Assembly: GCA_051294375.1 (NCBI GenBank)
Contig: JBJCIZ010000263.1
Coordinates: forward strand, 2,570 to 66,569
Direction: 5' to 3'
From: Paraspadella gotoi
Lineage: Eukaryota > Animalia > Chaetognatha
Length of the DNA stretch: 64,000 nt
Within the stretch, counting starts at the first letter, position 1; each line of letters opens with the position of its first letter. The translations under genes were made by a program, and so were the position numbers. The notes beneath the pieces were generated by a model. That model saw only the letters and a program-made list of their open reading frames with translations. It ran no database searches and was not told where the DNA came from. Positions 38,145 through 51,173 of this stretch are shown one piece after another.

Positions 38145-38913
38145 GAAGAAAGAGAGAGGAGAGAGAGAGAGCTCCTCCTGATTGCTCCAACGAACGAGTA
38201 GCGTGGATGAAGGAAGACAGAAGGGGAGGGGAGCTAACGAGAGAAAAAATGATAGTGGGCATACCCAAGGTGGGCGGGATGGTTTTTGAGCGCGAGGCAA
38301 TGGTCGCGGTTACAATGTGGTCGTGCGGCCGAGGGGGGGGGCGGGAGGGGAGGAGACTGAAGATGGAAGCCGTTGGAACAGGGTTCCATTTAGCCCATGG
38401 CGATGGCGTTGTCTCATTGCCCAGGAGGTTTCTAGCTCGAGTAGTTTCGAGTTATGTGCTTATTGCTTATACGCTATCAGAGAAAATTAAGAGGGGGGAA
38501 AAAAGAATTTATTATTTGAAGTACTTGCAACGCGGCAACATACCTACTTTAGTACATTGCAACTGAGTAAACCGCTAATAGTTAGTAAAGTCGTATCGGC
38601 GTGGACAGACGGAAAAAATACATTCGGACGTCGAAACGTAACGCGCGATTTCCGCGACGTCATTTCCTGACGCTGACCTTTTTGATCGATCATACGTCGA
38701 ACCGCGTCGCTCGGGGACGATGGGCGGCGGGGGCGGCGGGAGCGGCGGCTGCGGCGTCGGCTGCGAGGCGATGCGGAAAAGGGGAGGCGCGCCTCGTCAT
38801 GAAATGTAGGTAATGTGCTCGCATCAGAGATGCAAATGACGGGAAGGAGACAGGTGCTCGGGCGGAGATGGCGTCTCAGTCTAAAAGGTCCATAGTATAG
38901 GGAGAGAGAGAGA

Positions 38914-38962
<49 letters not shown>

Positions 38963-38979
38963 GAGGTGTTCAGGAGGAG

Positions 38980-39190
38980 ATTAGATAATTAGATAAGTTA
39001 GATGCCGAGGAGAAGATAAGTCAGACCCTCAGTAAAGATAAGTGGTTGCCTGGAAGTCAGATCCTCTGGAAAGATAAGTCAGAGATTCTAAAAACGATAG
39101 TCAGATCCTGGGCACTAGATAAGTCAGGATCTAGGAGAAAAGATAAGTCAGTTCCAGGGGTAAAGATATATCCGTTGCTGGGTCTTAGAT
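38980..39190 (+). repeat. Degenerate minisatellite with AGATAAGTCAG core
   Basis: AGATAAG(TCAG) recurs at ~38991, 39014, 39036, 39072, 39117 and 39141. Confidence 0.65.
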
Positions 39191-39443
39191 TGTCAGGAAG
39201 TTTGGAAAAGATGGGTCAGTTGCTCGGGTAAAAGTACGGTAGGGGGGGGGTCCAAGTAAACGATGGTATAGCTTAACGACCAGGCGGGAAAGGGGGCCGC
39301 GGGGAACGGGGGCCGCGGGGAGGGGTGGGGTAGAGAGAGAGAGGGAAAGAGAATTACATTCGATGACAACGAAAAGAATGAGAAGCTTTTAGAAAGATTG
39401 TCGGGGGCAATTTGTGGAAATTAAGACGAAGAGGGAGAGAGAG

Positions 39444-39520
<77 letters not shown>

Positions 39521-42500
39521 AGGAGGATTGGAAGCTTCCAAGGAAAGAGGGAGAAGCTTGATGGTTAGGGGTTGGGGGAAATTGGGGTAGAAGAAAAATG
39601 AAATGATACGGGTAAGGTTAAATTACAACAAAAGAATAAATTGGATTAGCGATTAAGACAAGTATACGGAGCGGAAAATACAATAAAAGTAATAAAAAAT
39701 GAACTCTAGAAGGGCAATTTATATAATGATTAAAAATCTCACAAAACCAAAATCCAAACATATGACAGAAACTTGTTTTTATTTTTTAAATTTCTTTTTT
39801 TAAATACCGACTTGTTAAAAGCACAATGGGGAACAAACCAGAAAGCAAGGTAAAGTACACCTGCATCACGTCGGGCTCTCCACTTATGGCAAACAGCCGG
39901 GTTACCTGTGATGCCATTGGGAAAATATAAATCTCACTGTTGGCTTTGGGGGGGGCTTCCGACCCTGCAGTGACGCATCCAGGACGGCTCGCTTTGCCAA
40001 CGCAGAGGGAAGTCGTTTAGAAACAGTGGATGGAACACTACCGGAATGGTGTGTTCCCCCTCGGAGCGAATGGATTTGGCTGAACGATGGGTGGACATTA
40101 AGCAGTGTGAAGTATCAGCCACATGCAAGATAAAAAAGTAAAACAAACTGTAAAACAGAGCGCAAAAAAAAAAAATTAATGAAAATTGGTATAAGGTAGA
40201 CTAAAAAAAGGAAGTAAGAGCAAAAAAAAAAAGGGAAGTGGAGAATTTGTATCGCGAGCGATAATCGGAGTTGGCTTCGGCTTCTTCGTCTCCCGGCGGA
40301 CGATAAATCAAGAGGCCAACAATGAACGAAGGCCGCGTATCGGAACGATTCCAAAGGCTCGCGTTTGTTGGGAAGGGGCGTTGGTGGGTGTTGGGGTGGG
40401 GGGAGTTTGAAGAGGGTATGGGGTCGGGAAGGAGAGAGGGATTTAATCGTTGAATGAGAAAGGCCTCGGGTGTGGAGGCGGGAGGGAGGAGAGAAGACCG
40501 TTTGTTACTCCGATTTGATGAATGAAAAGAAAGAGGAAATCCCCCAGTGAAGGGTAAACGCCCCTCGTTTGATAAACGCGCCTCTCGATCGCGTGCGCGT
40601 GATTCCTTTTTTGCGCGCGTGATTCACGGATCACGTGCGTTTACGGTGCACGGGACCACGGCACTTGGCGTTCACGCAAGTGGATTTTCGACAGATCAAC
40701 GACTGTAATGTTCAGGTGTTCATTGATAGGTCTTGCGCTCGTAGGGCGGATATAACTGCGAGTATCGCACGCACGGATCACGGATCACGATTACCGATCA
40801 TCGCCCTCGGTCGTTTTCATTGGAGAGAGAAATATCATTTAATTCTCTTTTCTCCTCTACGCTCTCCCTTACGCTATGTTCGCGGGGATGAATGTAAGAG
40901 GAGAGAAAGAAGGGAAAGGGAAAAGGTCCAGCTGCCGGTAAGGCGACGAAGGTTAACGAAGACATTAACGACACGTGACGAACGAATGGAAATCCGAGAG
41001 AGTCCGTAGCGGAGAGCAAAAAAAAAAAAGGGATGGCGTTCCGGGAAAGGAACGTCGAGACCAGGGGCGACTGTTGACTGGCGAATGTCGAATGGAAAAT
41101 TGGAAGACGCCAAGAAAACGACTCGAGCTTCGGGAAGTTCACGCGGGGGTCGTGAGTAGTCACTGTATATAATCGGTTTTAAAATGTGGAATTTGCGGCA
41201 ATGCGGTACTCTTGCTGCAGCACGTTTTTTAGAATAAGTGAATCGTTTGAATGATTGCGCTGAGAAATTAGCGGCAGCAGAAAACTAGAAGCAATGCACC
41301 ATGGGATATACAACGGGGACCATTCTCAAATTTTTTTTTTTTAAATTGATAACAATAGTCATTTAATATCCGAAAAAAAAATACATTCATTAAGTATTTT
41401 CAGCTTTTGATGCAACTCAATCATGGGGCAAACTCTCATGTACATTGTATGCGGAGATAAACTGCCGTCGTCAGCTTATTCAATGATTTTTCAATACTCT
41501 CTGACTTGATTTGCATGTCTCTCTCTTTTTCCCTCTCTCTTTCTCCTCTCCCCTCCCTCTCTTCTCTCTCTCTATCCTCTCACTCTCACTCTCTCTCACT
41601 GGCGCCATTTTTCCCCATTGTTCCCAGATCCTAGAATTCTAATTCAATCCAAGCCTGAAAAATAGGAGGTGGAGCTTTGGATTTCTTAAACTCAAATCTT
41701 GTGTTTTTTTGTTTTTTTGTTTTTTTTTTGGTCGAGTTCATGGTTAAGAAGATATATTTACTTTATCTAGAAGGATTAATATTTATAATAGCGATATACA
41801 CATGGTTTATTCTCGTCATTCGTTATCACATTAAAACTATTTCTAATGCTGAAGAAATAATTTTTTTCTATTGAAAAACAATAATCTCGAGTTCACTGAC
41901 TTCATCTGAAATTATTCAAGTTCTTTTCCTTTTAATCCTCTTATCTTTGTATCGTTGCCTCATACTCCATCTACGGGTTTAAATCACCGATTCTCCTCCG
42001 CCCTCTAACGTCGAGAAAAAAAGATTCCCACGCCGTCAGCGTCGTCTTTCTCGAAGGCGTTTCGGCCCCCATTTCGTGTCTCATCAATTCTCTCTGTCTT
42101 TACTGATCACCTCGACCAAGTCAATCATTCATTTCCTACAAAATTCACTGAGAATTTTCTTTCCACTCCACCGCGCTTGTGAAATTGCGTTGTGAAATTC
42201 GAAAACATTCTCGCGATTCAATAAACCACATTTTTCTTTCTCTCCTCCCTGCTCAACCTCAATTACCTTCATTTCCCAGCCCTCTCTTCTTCATCCTCTG
42301 CTTCCATCCTTGCTCCTTCTCTCCCCACTTCCCTCCTTTCTTTTACCCCCACCCTCTTATCCCTCCCCCACTCCGACGCTTCGATCTGGTCTTCCATCAT
42401 CGCCCGTCATGAGATGCTTAGTCGAGGTTTCTCTCTCTTTCTCCTTTTCCGCCCATTATCACGGGGCGATCACAACGCGTGGCGTAGCGCCAACTCTAAA

Positions 42501-42753
42501 TTCTGCGGCGACGAGCTCGGGCGTGAGAATAGTATAAGCGATGCTGCTTGGTGCTGGCGATGGTATAAGGAAATCTGCTTGGTGCGATTGCGTGGAAAGG
42601 GTTACTTTTTGAAAAAGATTCCAATTATTAGTAGTTTGGTGGCGTCGGCAGTGATTGTTTGTTACTTTCTACACGATCCGAGTCTTGTCGTCAAAAATAC
42701 AATACAAACGTAACAATTAAACAAGAAACAAACTATGTAGTGGCTTTCTGGTG

Positions 42754-43361
42754 TGATGAGAGATGGCGCTGTTTTATTCATTTTTCTCATTATTTGCTCA
42801 TTTATTCCATTTCATTGTCACGTGACTTTTCTATACATTTCGTCTGCTTTTTCTATACTCTTTTTGTATGCATTTCTTTCCTTTTTCAGTCAGTTAGAGA
42901 GTTACCTTGACCCGTCTCCAAACGGCTCTTTACGGGCTATGAAGTCCTTCCGTCATTCATGTCAGCCCTTACGTCACCAACTTTCCTAGATCAAGGGCCA
43001 CGAGACAGCCCACTGAGACACTGCCAGCCCAGAGACTCGCGGGCAAAGGAGGCACGGAGAGGCCACATGTCACTAGCCTCAGACTCTACTATGGACTCGT
43101 GACTCTTAGCAGAGACGGCGTCGCAAGGCTCGACACCCTCGCCTTCAACGGACTTGGGTTCCTTCGCAAGCTCCTTCGACTTTCCACACCGCTACAACGG
43201 GGTCGCAGAGGCTGCGACGGCTCCGAAGGGGCGTCGGACAAGACCGCGCCCACTTCCGGTTGAGACGCGAGGTGAAGACCAAGGTTTCACTCAGTAGTAG
43301 CCTGACGGGTCGACACGCGAGGAGGCGTCACCGAGACCAGGTTGGTTCTGGTTTCTCGACA
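42754..43361 (+). repeat. 5' LTR of copy 3
   Basis: TGATGAGAGA...TTTCTCGACA. The termini form an imperfect inverted repeat (TG..GAGA). Confidence 0.93.
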
Positions 43362-43514
43362 TATATAACGTATAGCCTTCATATATTATTGTACTTCGTC
43401 ACATACTGCGTGTCTTGGTTTAAATTACTCACAGCGGCATTGTAAGTTATGTGTATCCATTTTTTTTTCTTTTTTAATCGAATTACTATTATTTTACCTC
43501 AAACCCCCCTCGTG

Positions 43515-46500
43515 ATGGCTTCTGCACCGGAGAACGATGGACCTTCAGGAAGAGGAGGAAGCAGTGGCTCCAACAGAATTTGCATCCCAGATGGAGACCC
43601 TCTTCCACACGTTTCAACGACTCCATGGTACAGCGGAAGAAACCGGATCTCCGCCAGATCGTATGTCGCCAATAGCATGAGGGAGGCGTTAGAGGAAAGC
43701 TTCAAATTGCTCAGCAGATAACCGCCAGCAGTGATTATGTACCAAACCCCTCTCTGACTTCGGCGATGGAGAGAACGCAGGAGATCCTCCAAACAATCCC
43801 CCGATATCCTGCGACAACCTTACGCAGTTTTCTAATTGACGGAATAGGAACGTTCTGAATATACCTACTACCATTACGCAACAACCACTCCGCCCCTCCT
43901 CCCCTTTGATGGCATGATTAACCCTAATTTGGGAGAGCACTGGCACGAAGATCGAGTGGACGAATACTCCAACGGTGGGGGGAGCAGCGACAGCTACGAG
44001 ATTAGATGAACCTGTCGCATCTAGAACAGGTCTTCCGTATCAACGGCTTTCCCACCTTCGTACCGCTTTTTTAGACCCTTCGACCATAGCTACGACAGGA
44101 AGGGAATCGATGTCGTGGATCATTACCCCGACAGTCGTACTCCGTCGCACACACGGGCACTTCAACGGCCTCCGGCCCTCGACACGAGGATCCACTGGAG
44201 GACCGCCAACTGCGACGACGACAACGTCAACGACGACAACGGCTTCTGAATCAACCTCGGCCTCGCAGCCGACAGTTTTTACGTCACTCTACCTACTCCA
44301 CAGGTTTTGGAGGCTACTAGGAGAGGGATGGACGAAAATATTACGACAAGCAGCTGAACAGCATACCATTCGAGTCAATACCGCTGAGTACTCCACGAAC
44401 AGAGCGACTACAATATAACCGCGCTGCTCGGATAATGCACTCGACGCAAGAACGTGATATAGCTCAGCGAGCTACTGGACAACGAAGATCAACAACCTAA
44501 GAGAGCTTGAAGCAGTTCGTACAAATGCGCCGACGGAAAGAGTCAGCTGCCATTAGAATGCCACCGACTCGCGCACGACCATTAGCGTCTTCTAACGGCT
44601 AATGCGCCGGGGGAGAACTTTGACAATCTCACGGAGGATTTGCACCTCCTGCGGATCGTTCCGCCAGAGTAACCTTTTCGGCGCAAAACAGCCCGTCGGC
44701 TTCGCACGTTACCTCCCTAGGCGAATGCCTCTCTGCCATTGAAGCCTTCACGCAACAGCAGAACCAAGCTCAGGCAGAAGAGAGAGAACAAAGGCGCGGA
44801 GAGAGATCAAAATGAGTAGGAATTTTGGGATGAACAAAACCAAGAAAGAGCACGGATGGCTCAGTACTTCTCTGCACAGAAAGAGAAAGAGATCGGATGG
44901 CGAGAACTCTAGCCGAGATGGCTGCACAATAGAAAGGATGAGGTTGAATCCGGCGGGACAACCGCCGATGCAAGAGCAGCCACCGGTTACTCCTCAGAAC
45001 ATCGCCAGCATTTGAAACCCCTCCTGAACAAAGAATGCCGCCGAGACAAAGTAGAGAACCACTACCGGCGATCGCGATCCGACAACGCAAACGTCAAATA
45101 CAAAGCTTGACCGACTATATACGGCGGTTAGAACAAGAGTTGGGCGAGAAAGACGCAGCGCGCGACAGGACACCTACAGCAGAAGGTGGGGAGAAGCAAT
45201 GCAGCAGGATCGATACCTGAGGCCCCTCTCGATTACCTGCCCGCGCCAGCAGTCCCGCCCACTGCTAACCCACAGTTTGAGAGATATTTGTATTCACAGT
45301 CAACCGAATCAACCATCCGAATGTTGAAGATCTTCGCCCTGAGAAGTCTCATGAGCGAAGATGCCAAAAATAAGGTTGTTTTTAAAATTCATATGCAACA
45401 ATGGGAATCTGCAATGTCACAACCAGGCGTTACTGACCAGATGCGTCACCAAGAATTACGCTTCTGGTTTGGCGGTCTCGCAAACTGAAATTGCAGAAAT
45501 ATTTCCACCGACAAGATTATGCAGCAGCGGTCACCGAAGCTATACACATGCTGCGGAAAAGAGTTTGGCCGACCCGATGCTTCCCTCATGAGATGCTTCG
45601 AGATTGCCTCGCTGGCGGGAAAGCCACCGAAGCGAACGACATCGATGAGGCGATTACCCGGCTTGAGAACATCGTTGGGATTGCGGAAGCGAAAGGCCGG
45701 ATCCGCGATTTAAACAGAGATACGGTCATTGCGGAGATTCTTGAACAAAGTTTCCCCAATGGAAAGAAAAATTCGCTGAGATCAACTCCGAGAGTTTGTA
45801 TTTATCAGGAAGAAAAAGAACGATTTACGAATTAATTGAATTCCTAAAAATGCACCTTTTAGCAGTAAAATCCGTCTACTACAGAAAAGAAGTCGTCGAC
45901 GGCCTCTGGTAGCAGCGTTGTGGCATCCAGTAAAGCTCCACCCGCGATTCAAAACGGTGGGGGCGCGCCCGCCTTCCAGAGATGAACAATCGAATGAATC
46001 TTTCGATTCCCTGGATGACTCCGATCCACCCAACCACCTCCAAAGCCGAGAAGACGAAGACGACGCAGAAGTAAAGAGCAACCACCAAGGTTGGCTCCCA
46101 CAACGCAGACGATAGATACCGGATGTGGTTATGTTGTCGCTCAACAGGCAGTACCACAGGCAAAACCCTGTGGCGCCTCAACCCATCCCGCCAACCTCTA
46201 TCACCCAGTCACAGGCGCAACCACCTATGACATCAACGCTAAACCCGTGAGCGCCAATGTTTACATCGACCCCTGCTCGACCAACCACACCGCATTGTCA
46301 TTTCTGTGGTCAAAACCATATGGTATGGGATTGTGCAGGGTATCAGGCTCTTGGAGTTCAGGCAAGAGCTGATATGATTTTGGGTAGAAGAATTGTTTCA
46401 AATGCCTGAACGGGAACCACCTAGCTAGCAAATGCAGGTTTGGAGTTCCATGCTCTTTATGTAGAGGCAATCATCATCAAACGTACATGGGATGGCTCCG

Positions 46501-49500
46501 GTACGCGATTTAATCCTACGACAAATACGCAATATCAGCCGACGACGTTTGCACAGCCACCTACTTACGCAACCCCGCCTTCACCCCTCCTCTGCCCCCT
46601 CTTATACCCCTTCGCCATGCCCCAGCCCCTCTACCAGTCGGTGGCGGCAACACTACAGCAACGACGGTGAACGGTGGTACCTTTGATCCAAATCAAACGA
46701 TCCCCATGAACGCGACAACCACGCCACCCCCTGCAGTGGCTGCAGGTACGGCGTCAAGTTGACTGGCGGTTGCGTCCGCCCCAGGTGAATCGACCTTTCG
46801 TCCAGTTGTACCGGTCGTTGTAGAAACCGCGGGACGCAAGTGTACAACTTACGCCATGATTGATAGTGCTGCTGTAATCGATGTCTGGTTCTTACAAACA
46901 AAACATTGCTTAAATTGTATATGCCCAATTTTTTTTAAATACTAGATGTTCAATTCTACCGTAATATATCCCATGAGAATCTCAGGACCTCTATAGGCGA
47001 TCAAACAAATGCATCGGGATGTGGCTTCATGGATTTGCAGATGGGTGGAACCGCTTGATGAACTTTTCCATTTCCCGTCCCAAGATACACCTGATCGACT
47101 GATTTTTGGGAAAACTGCTGACATCGGAGCGACGCACCGCCCCTTTGTAATAGAAGATGTGGCCGAAAACCACATCTGTATTTCGGGTTTTCATTCCCCA
47201 ATCTCCCTGACAAGGAGGTTGGAATTGCTTCCTCCCAGCTGGATTTGCCTATACTTTGGATCGGCGGTGAATGTACGACGTGGCGTGCAGATCAGCCAAT
47301 CGCACTCATTGGACCGACTTTGGTTGGACCCTCGTTGGTCCGCGCACTGGTACGGACGTGGAAGTGATGTCCACGTGTGGCCCGTATCACTGGTAGTTAC
47401 ATTAGAGGAATGATGAAGAAAAATCCAAGAAGATATTCGACGCTTAGTTTCATCGTGACTTGTTCGTTGCGCCAAGTGCAAACAGAAGCTTCCATCTGTT
47501 GAAGATGAGTACGCCGTAAGAAACAATTGGAATAACCATCGGTATGATGAGAAAGTTAAGGCATTATTTTGTGGTTTACCATGGATGAGAGTAGGAGTAA
47601 ATAAAGCAGACTGCAGTTTTGAAACAGTAGAGATTCGGCAACGATGGCCTCAATTCGTTTGCAGTCTCTTTATGCGCAAAGCTACAACCGAAAATCCTGC
47701 TGACAAAAAACGAGAGTCAATGATGAGGATTGATAAAAGTATTGATGGAGGAAGGGCTACGCCAAAGTAGTCGACGTCAACAAGATCTCAAAGAAAAAAC
47801 CGATTAGACCTTCCACTTTCACGTTATAGTAGACGACATGATAAAACAAAGTACGTATTTGTTCATGATGCACGCGAAGCGTGAAAGGTAAACTACTCTC
47901 AATGACGATTGTTGTTGACTGGCCCAGACTACATGACAAATCTATTGGGCGTCATGTTACGTTTCGACGCCACAGAGTGGCATTAGCCGCGGATATTCGG
48001 GATTTTTCCACCAGGTATTTGTTGATGAAAACGATGTACATTGCTTCCAATTAGGTGGTTTGAGGATGATGCATGTACACAATAGCCCTCTTTGAACTTA
48101 GGGTCATATTTTTGGTGGCAAAAAGTTCACCGCTTGTGGCTATTATACCCTCAAAACCCCGCGAAAACGTTGGAAGGAAATTGCCAATGGAGGTTGTCGA
48201 GGCGATTATTCGCCAATTCTATGTCGACGATTTTCTCGGATCAATGCCCGACGAAGAAACCGCTCGCGAGATTAAGAAGGGCCTGATGAAGCTCTTCGCC
48301 GCGGCGGGTTCGAGTTGACGAAATGGAAATGCTCTGTGCCAAGTGTTCTGGAAGACGAACCTGATCAAGCGACGGACACAACGAAAACGTTTACAGATGG
48401 AAACGATAATGACGTGAAAGACGAACGACCCGGATAAAGTATTGGGTGTTGCATTTTCATTTTTTGATGATTATTTTTTCCCATGCATTAATCAGGAAAA
48501 AGTGTTAAAACGTTGTATTACAAAAAGACAAATTTTGTCTCTTACCGCCAGCCTGTACGATCCATGGGCTCGTTTCGCCGTTTACGCTGAAAGGACGCAA
48601 TTACTTCCAGCGCGCGAACGAAGCAACAGCGGACTGGATTCCCCTCTGCCAGATGATCTCATCAAGGACTTTGATACTGGCGTCAACAAATGCCAGAATT
48701 GGAGTCCATCAAACTCCCGCGATGATTGCAACAAGAGAGACGACGAACGATCCCGCGGAGCTTCACGTATTTTCGGACGCCAGCCATGAGGCTACGGCGT
48801 CACTATTTATCGTAAACTGTCCCACCTACTGACGGAAAATCTCATGTTGCCTTTATTATGTCCAGTCCCGAGTGACGCCGGCCGATTCCTCCAAAGCGTC
48901 TCACCAAACTCGATCCCGAGATTGGAGTTGACGGCGGCATGCCTCGGCGCAGAGATTCGACACACCGTGGTAAAGAGATGACAATGACCGGTTTGAAAAA
49001 GTAGTAATGTGGACTGATTCTGAACGGTTTTGAAACAAATTTTGATTGTAAGTCTAAATTTGCAGCTTTTCTTTAAAAAACCGTTTATCTCGAATTAGGG
49101 AATTAACCGATGTCACGGAATGGCGCTACGTCGCGACGGATGAAAATCCCGCTGACGATTGCAGCGAGGTCTTCCTGCTGGTGACCCAAAATGGCAACGT
49201 TTTCACAATGGCCCGACTTCTTGTGCGCCGCAGAAGCGGAGTGGCCGGAACAGAAGCTGTCCGCGTTGAAAACCATCCCAGCAGACATCCTTACGACTGA
49301 GGCCGACGAAGATGTCGAGACGGCCACGGATAACGCTCAATACAAAAAATCAATGTAGAACATTTGGGCCCATTCCGAGTCGCCACGCGCAATGGTTCCT
49401 GACTCCCATAAAAAACTTCGTTTGATTGCGACGATGAAACACGCGATAGAGATGATTGAATGGAGAAAAGCATTGCGCAAGACGCAGATGCTAGACCAAA

Positions 49501-50904
49501 AAGATAAATGGCTGACTTTAAAGATTTAAAAGATGCTAAGAAATTATCCAATGCCGAGCGCTGCAGCTTCGCTATTTTTCCAGACGAGTACCGCCAACTT
49601 CGAGAGAAAAATGTTCGCTCTCCGGATGCTAGAGCTGAGTTAACGCAGACACGTTCGCCACTGCGCCAGCTCAACCCATTACCTAGACCTCTGCGGACGT
49701 TATAACGAATTGGCGGCCGAATTGGGAAAAGCGAATTTAGCCTAATGAAACGCGACATCCAATTGGTGTTACCAAAAAATGATCAAATTGTACGAGATTA
49801 CATCCGCCTATGTTCACGAGCAAGAAGCGCACGCTGGCGTTGAACACGTACTCGCAAAACACCCGCCGCCGATTTCACATTCCTCAATGCGACCAGGTAT
49901 TGCGAGGTCCGTCATTAAACGTTGCGTCAGTTGTCAAAAGAATTTCCGACCCCCGGCACGCAAAAGATGGGCGACATACCCGAAGGACCGTCTGACGATT
50001 GGAGAACCATTCTCGGCAGTGGGCGTCGACATCTTTGGCCCATTTCACGTCGTGCATGGTGGCCGGGGCAGTGCCAAACGTTGGGTAGCTTTGTATACGT
50101 GTTTAAAATCAAGGGCTATCCATCTAGAAGTTCTACACGACTTATCATCTCATCCTTTATAAACTCTATAATCCGCTTTAACTCCCGTCGCCCTGGGACG
50201 AAAAAATTTTTCAGTGATAACGGAACCAACTTACGCGGGGCGGATTCAGAGTTGAAAGCGGCAGTGGAAAAATGGAGAGAGGAGCAGGTGCATAAAAAAA
50301 TGATAGAGTACGGAGTCGAATGGGTTTTTGGCCCTCCCATGCCCCCCAATGGGGAGGAGTGTGGAGAGATTGGTTCAATCTACCAAAAAACATTTGACTG
50401 CTATTTTGAAAAAAGATAAACTTCAACTTGAAGTTCTGACGACGGCGTTGGCAGCGGTAGAAAGCATCCTAAATCGTCGCCCGCTGACAAGACTCAGCGA
50501 AGACCCGCGCGATTTGGAAGCCCTGACGCCAGCCCAAATTCTATACCCAAGTGTCTACGCACCATCCAGAGCGATAATCGTGCCGCCGGAGTCTGTTAAC
50601 GGCGACGCTCTGAGAAGTACATGGAGATTAGCGAGACGTTTAAGCGAAGAATTTTGGAACGCTGGAAGCACGAGTATGTAGTAACGCTTCAACAGCGCCA
50701 AAAGTGGCAAAAAAACGCAGGAAAATCTGAAAGAGGATCAATTAGTCCTAATGGTTGACGAGCTAAAATCACGAGATCAATGGCGGTTAGCGCAAGTCAT
50801 TGACGCAGGTGAAGGCACGCACGTGCACGCGTGCAAGTACGCACTGCGGACGATAAGATCTTTGAACGCGACCGAAACAAACTCGTCCATTGGAATGTGA
50901 TTGA
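43515..50904 (+). CDS. BEL/Pao Gag-Pol polyprotein, copy 3 (frameshifted in this assembly)
   Basis: ATG GCT TCT GCA CCG start. Knuckles ~46295-46490, protease YAMIDS ~46850, IIRQFYVDDFLG ~48225, integrase GVDIFGP/SDNGTN/LNRRPL. Stop after ...LECD. Confidence 0.93.
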
Positions 50905-51118
50905 TCTAACTCATAAAAATTGTTTTCTTTTGCTGATTATTTCTGACTATGACTTGCTTCATTTGTATATATTGTAAATATATCTTGTTAAACTCATAGT
51001 AAACGCCACTATTCTCGTCTCTTATTGCTTTGGTTTCACAATGTGATTTTGTAAAACTCTGTTTGAAACAAATAAAGTGAAGATTACGTTTCTTATTATT
51101 TCTGTTTTAAATGCACGT

Positions 51119-51151
51119 AACTAATTTTTTTTTACTTTCTACCATACCCAG
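51119..51151 (+). promoter_or_regulatory. Candidate 3' splice acceptor upstream of ORF3
   Basis: Branch-like AACTAAT, then TTTTTTTTACTTTCTACCATACC, then CAG, 22 nt before AAAATGG. The same site is at 18502-18536. Confidence 0.5.
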
Positions 51152-51173
51152 AGATTCTTTCTATACAATTAAA

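Noticed and set aside
13284-50904. Programmed frameshifts in gag-pol
   Set aside because: The frameshifts are numerous and differ between copies, consistent with indel errors or decay.
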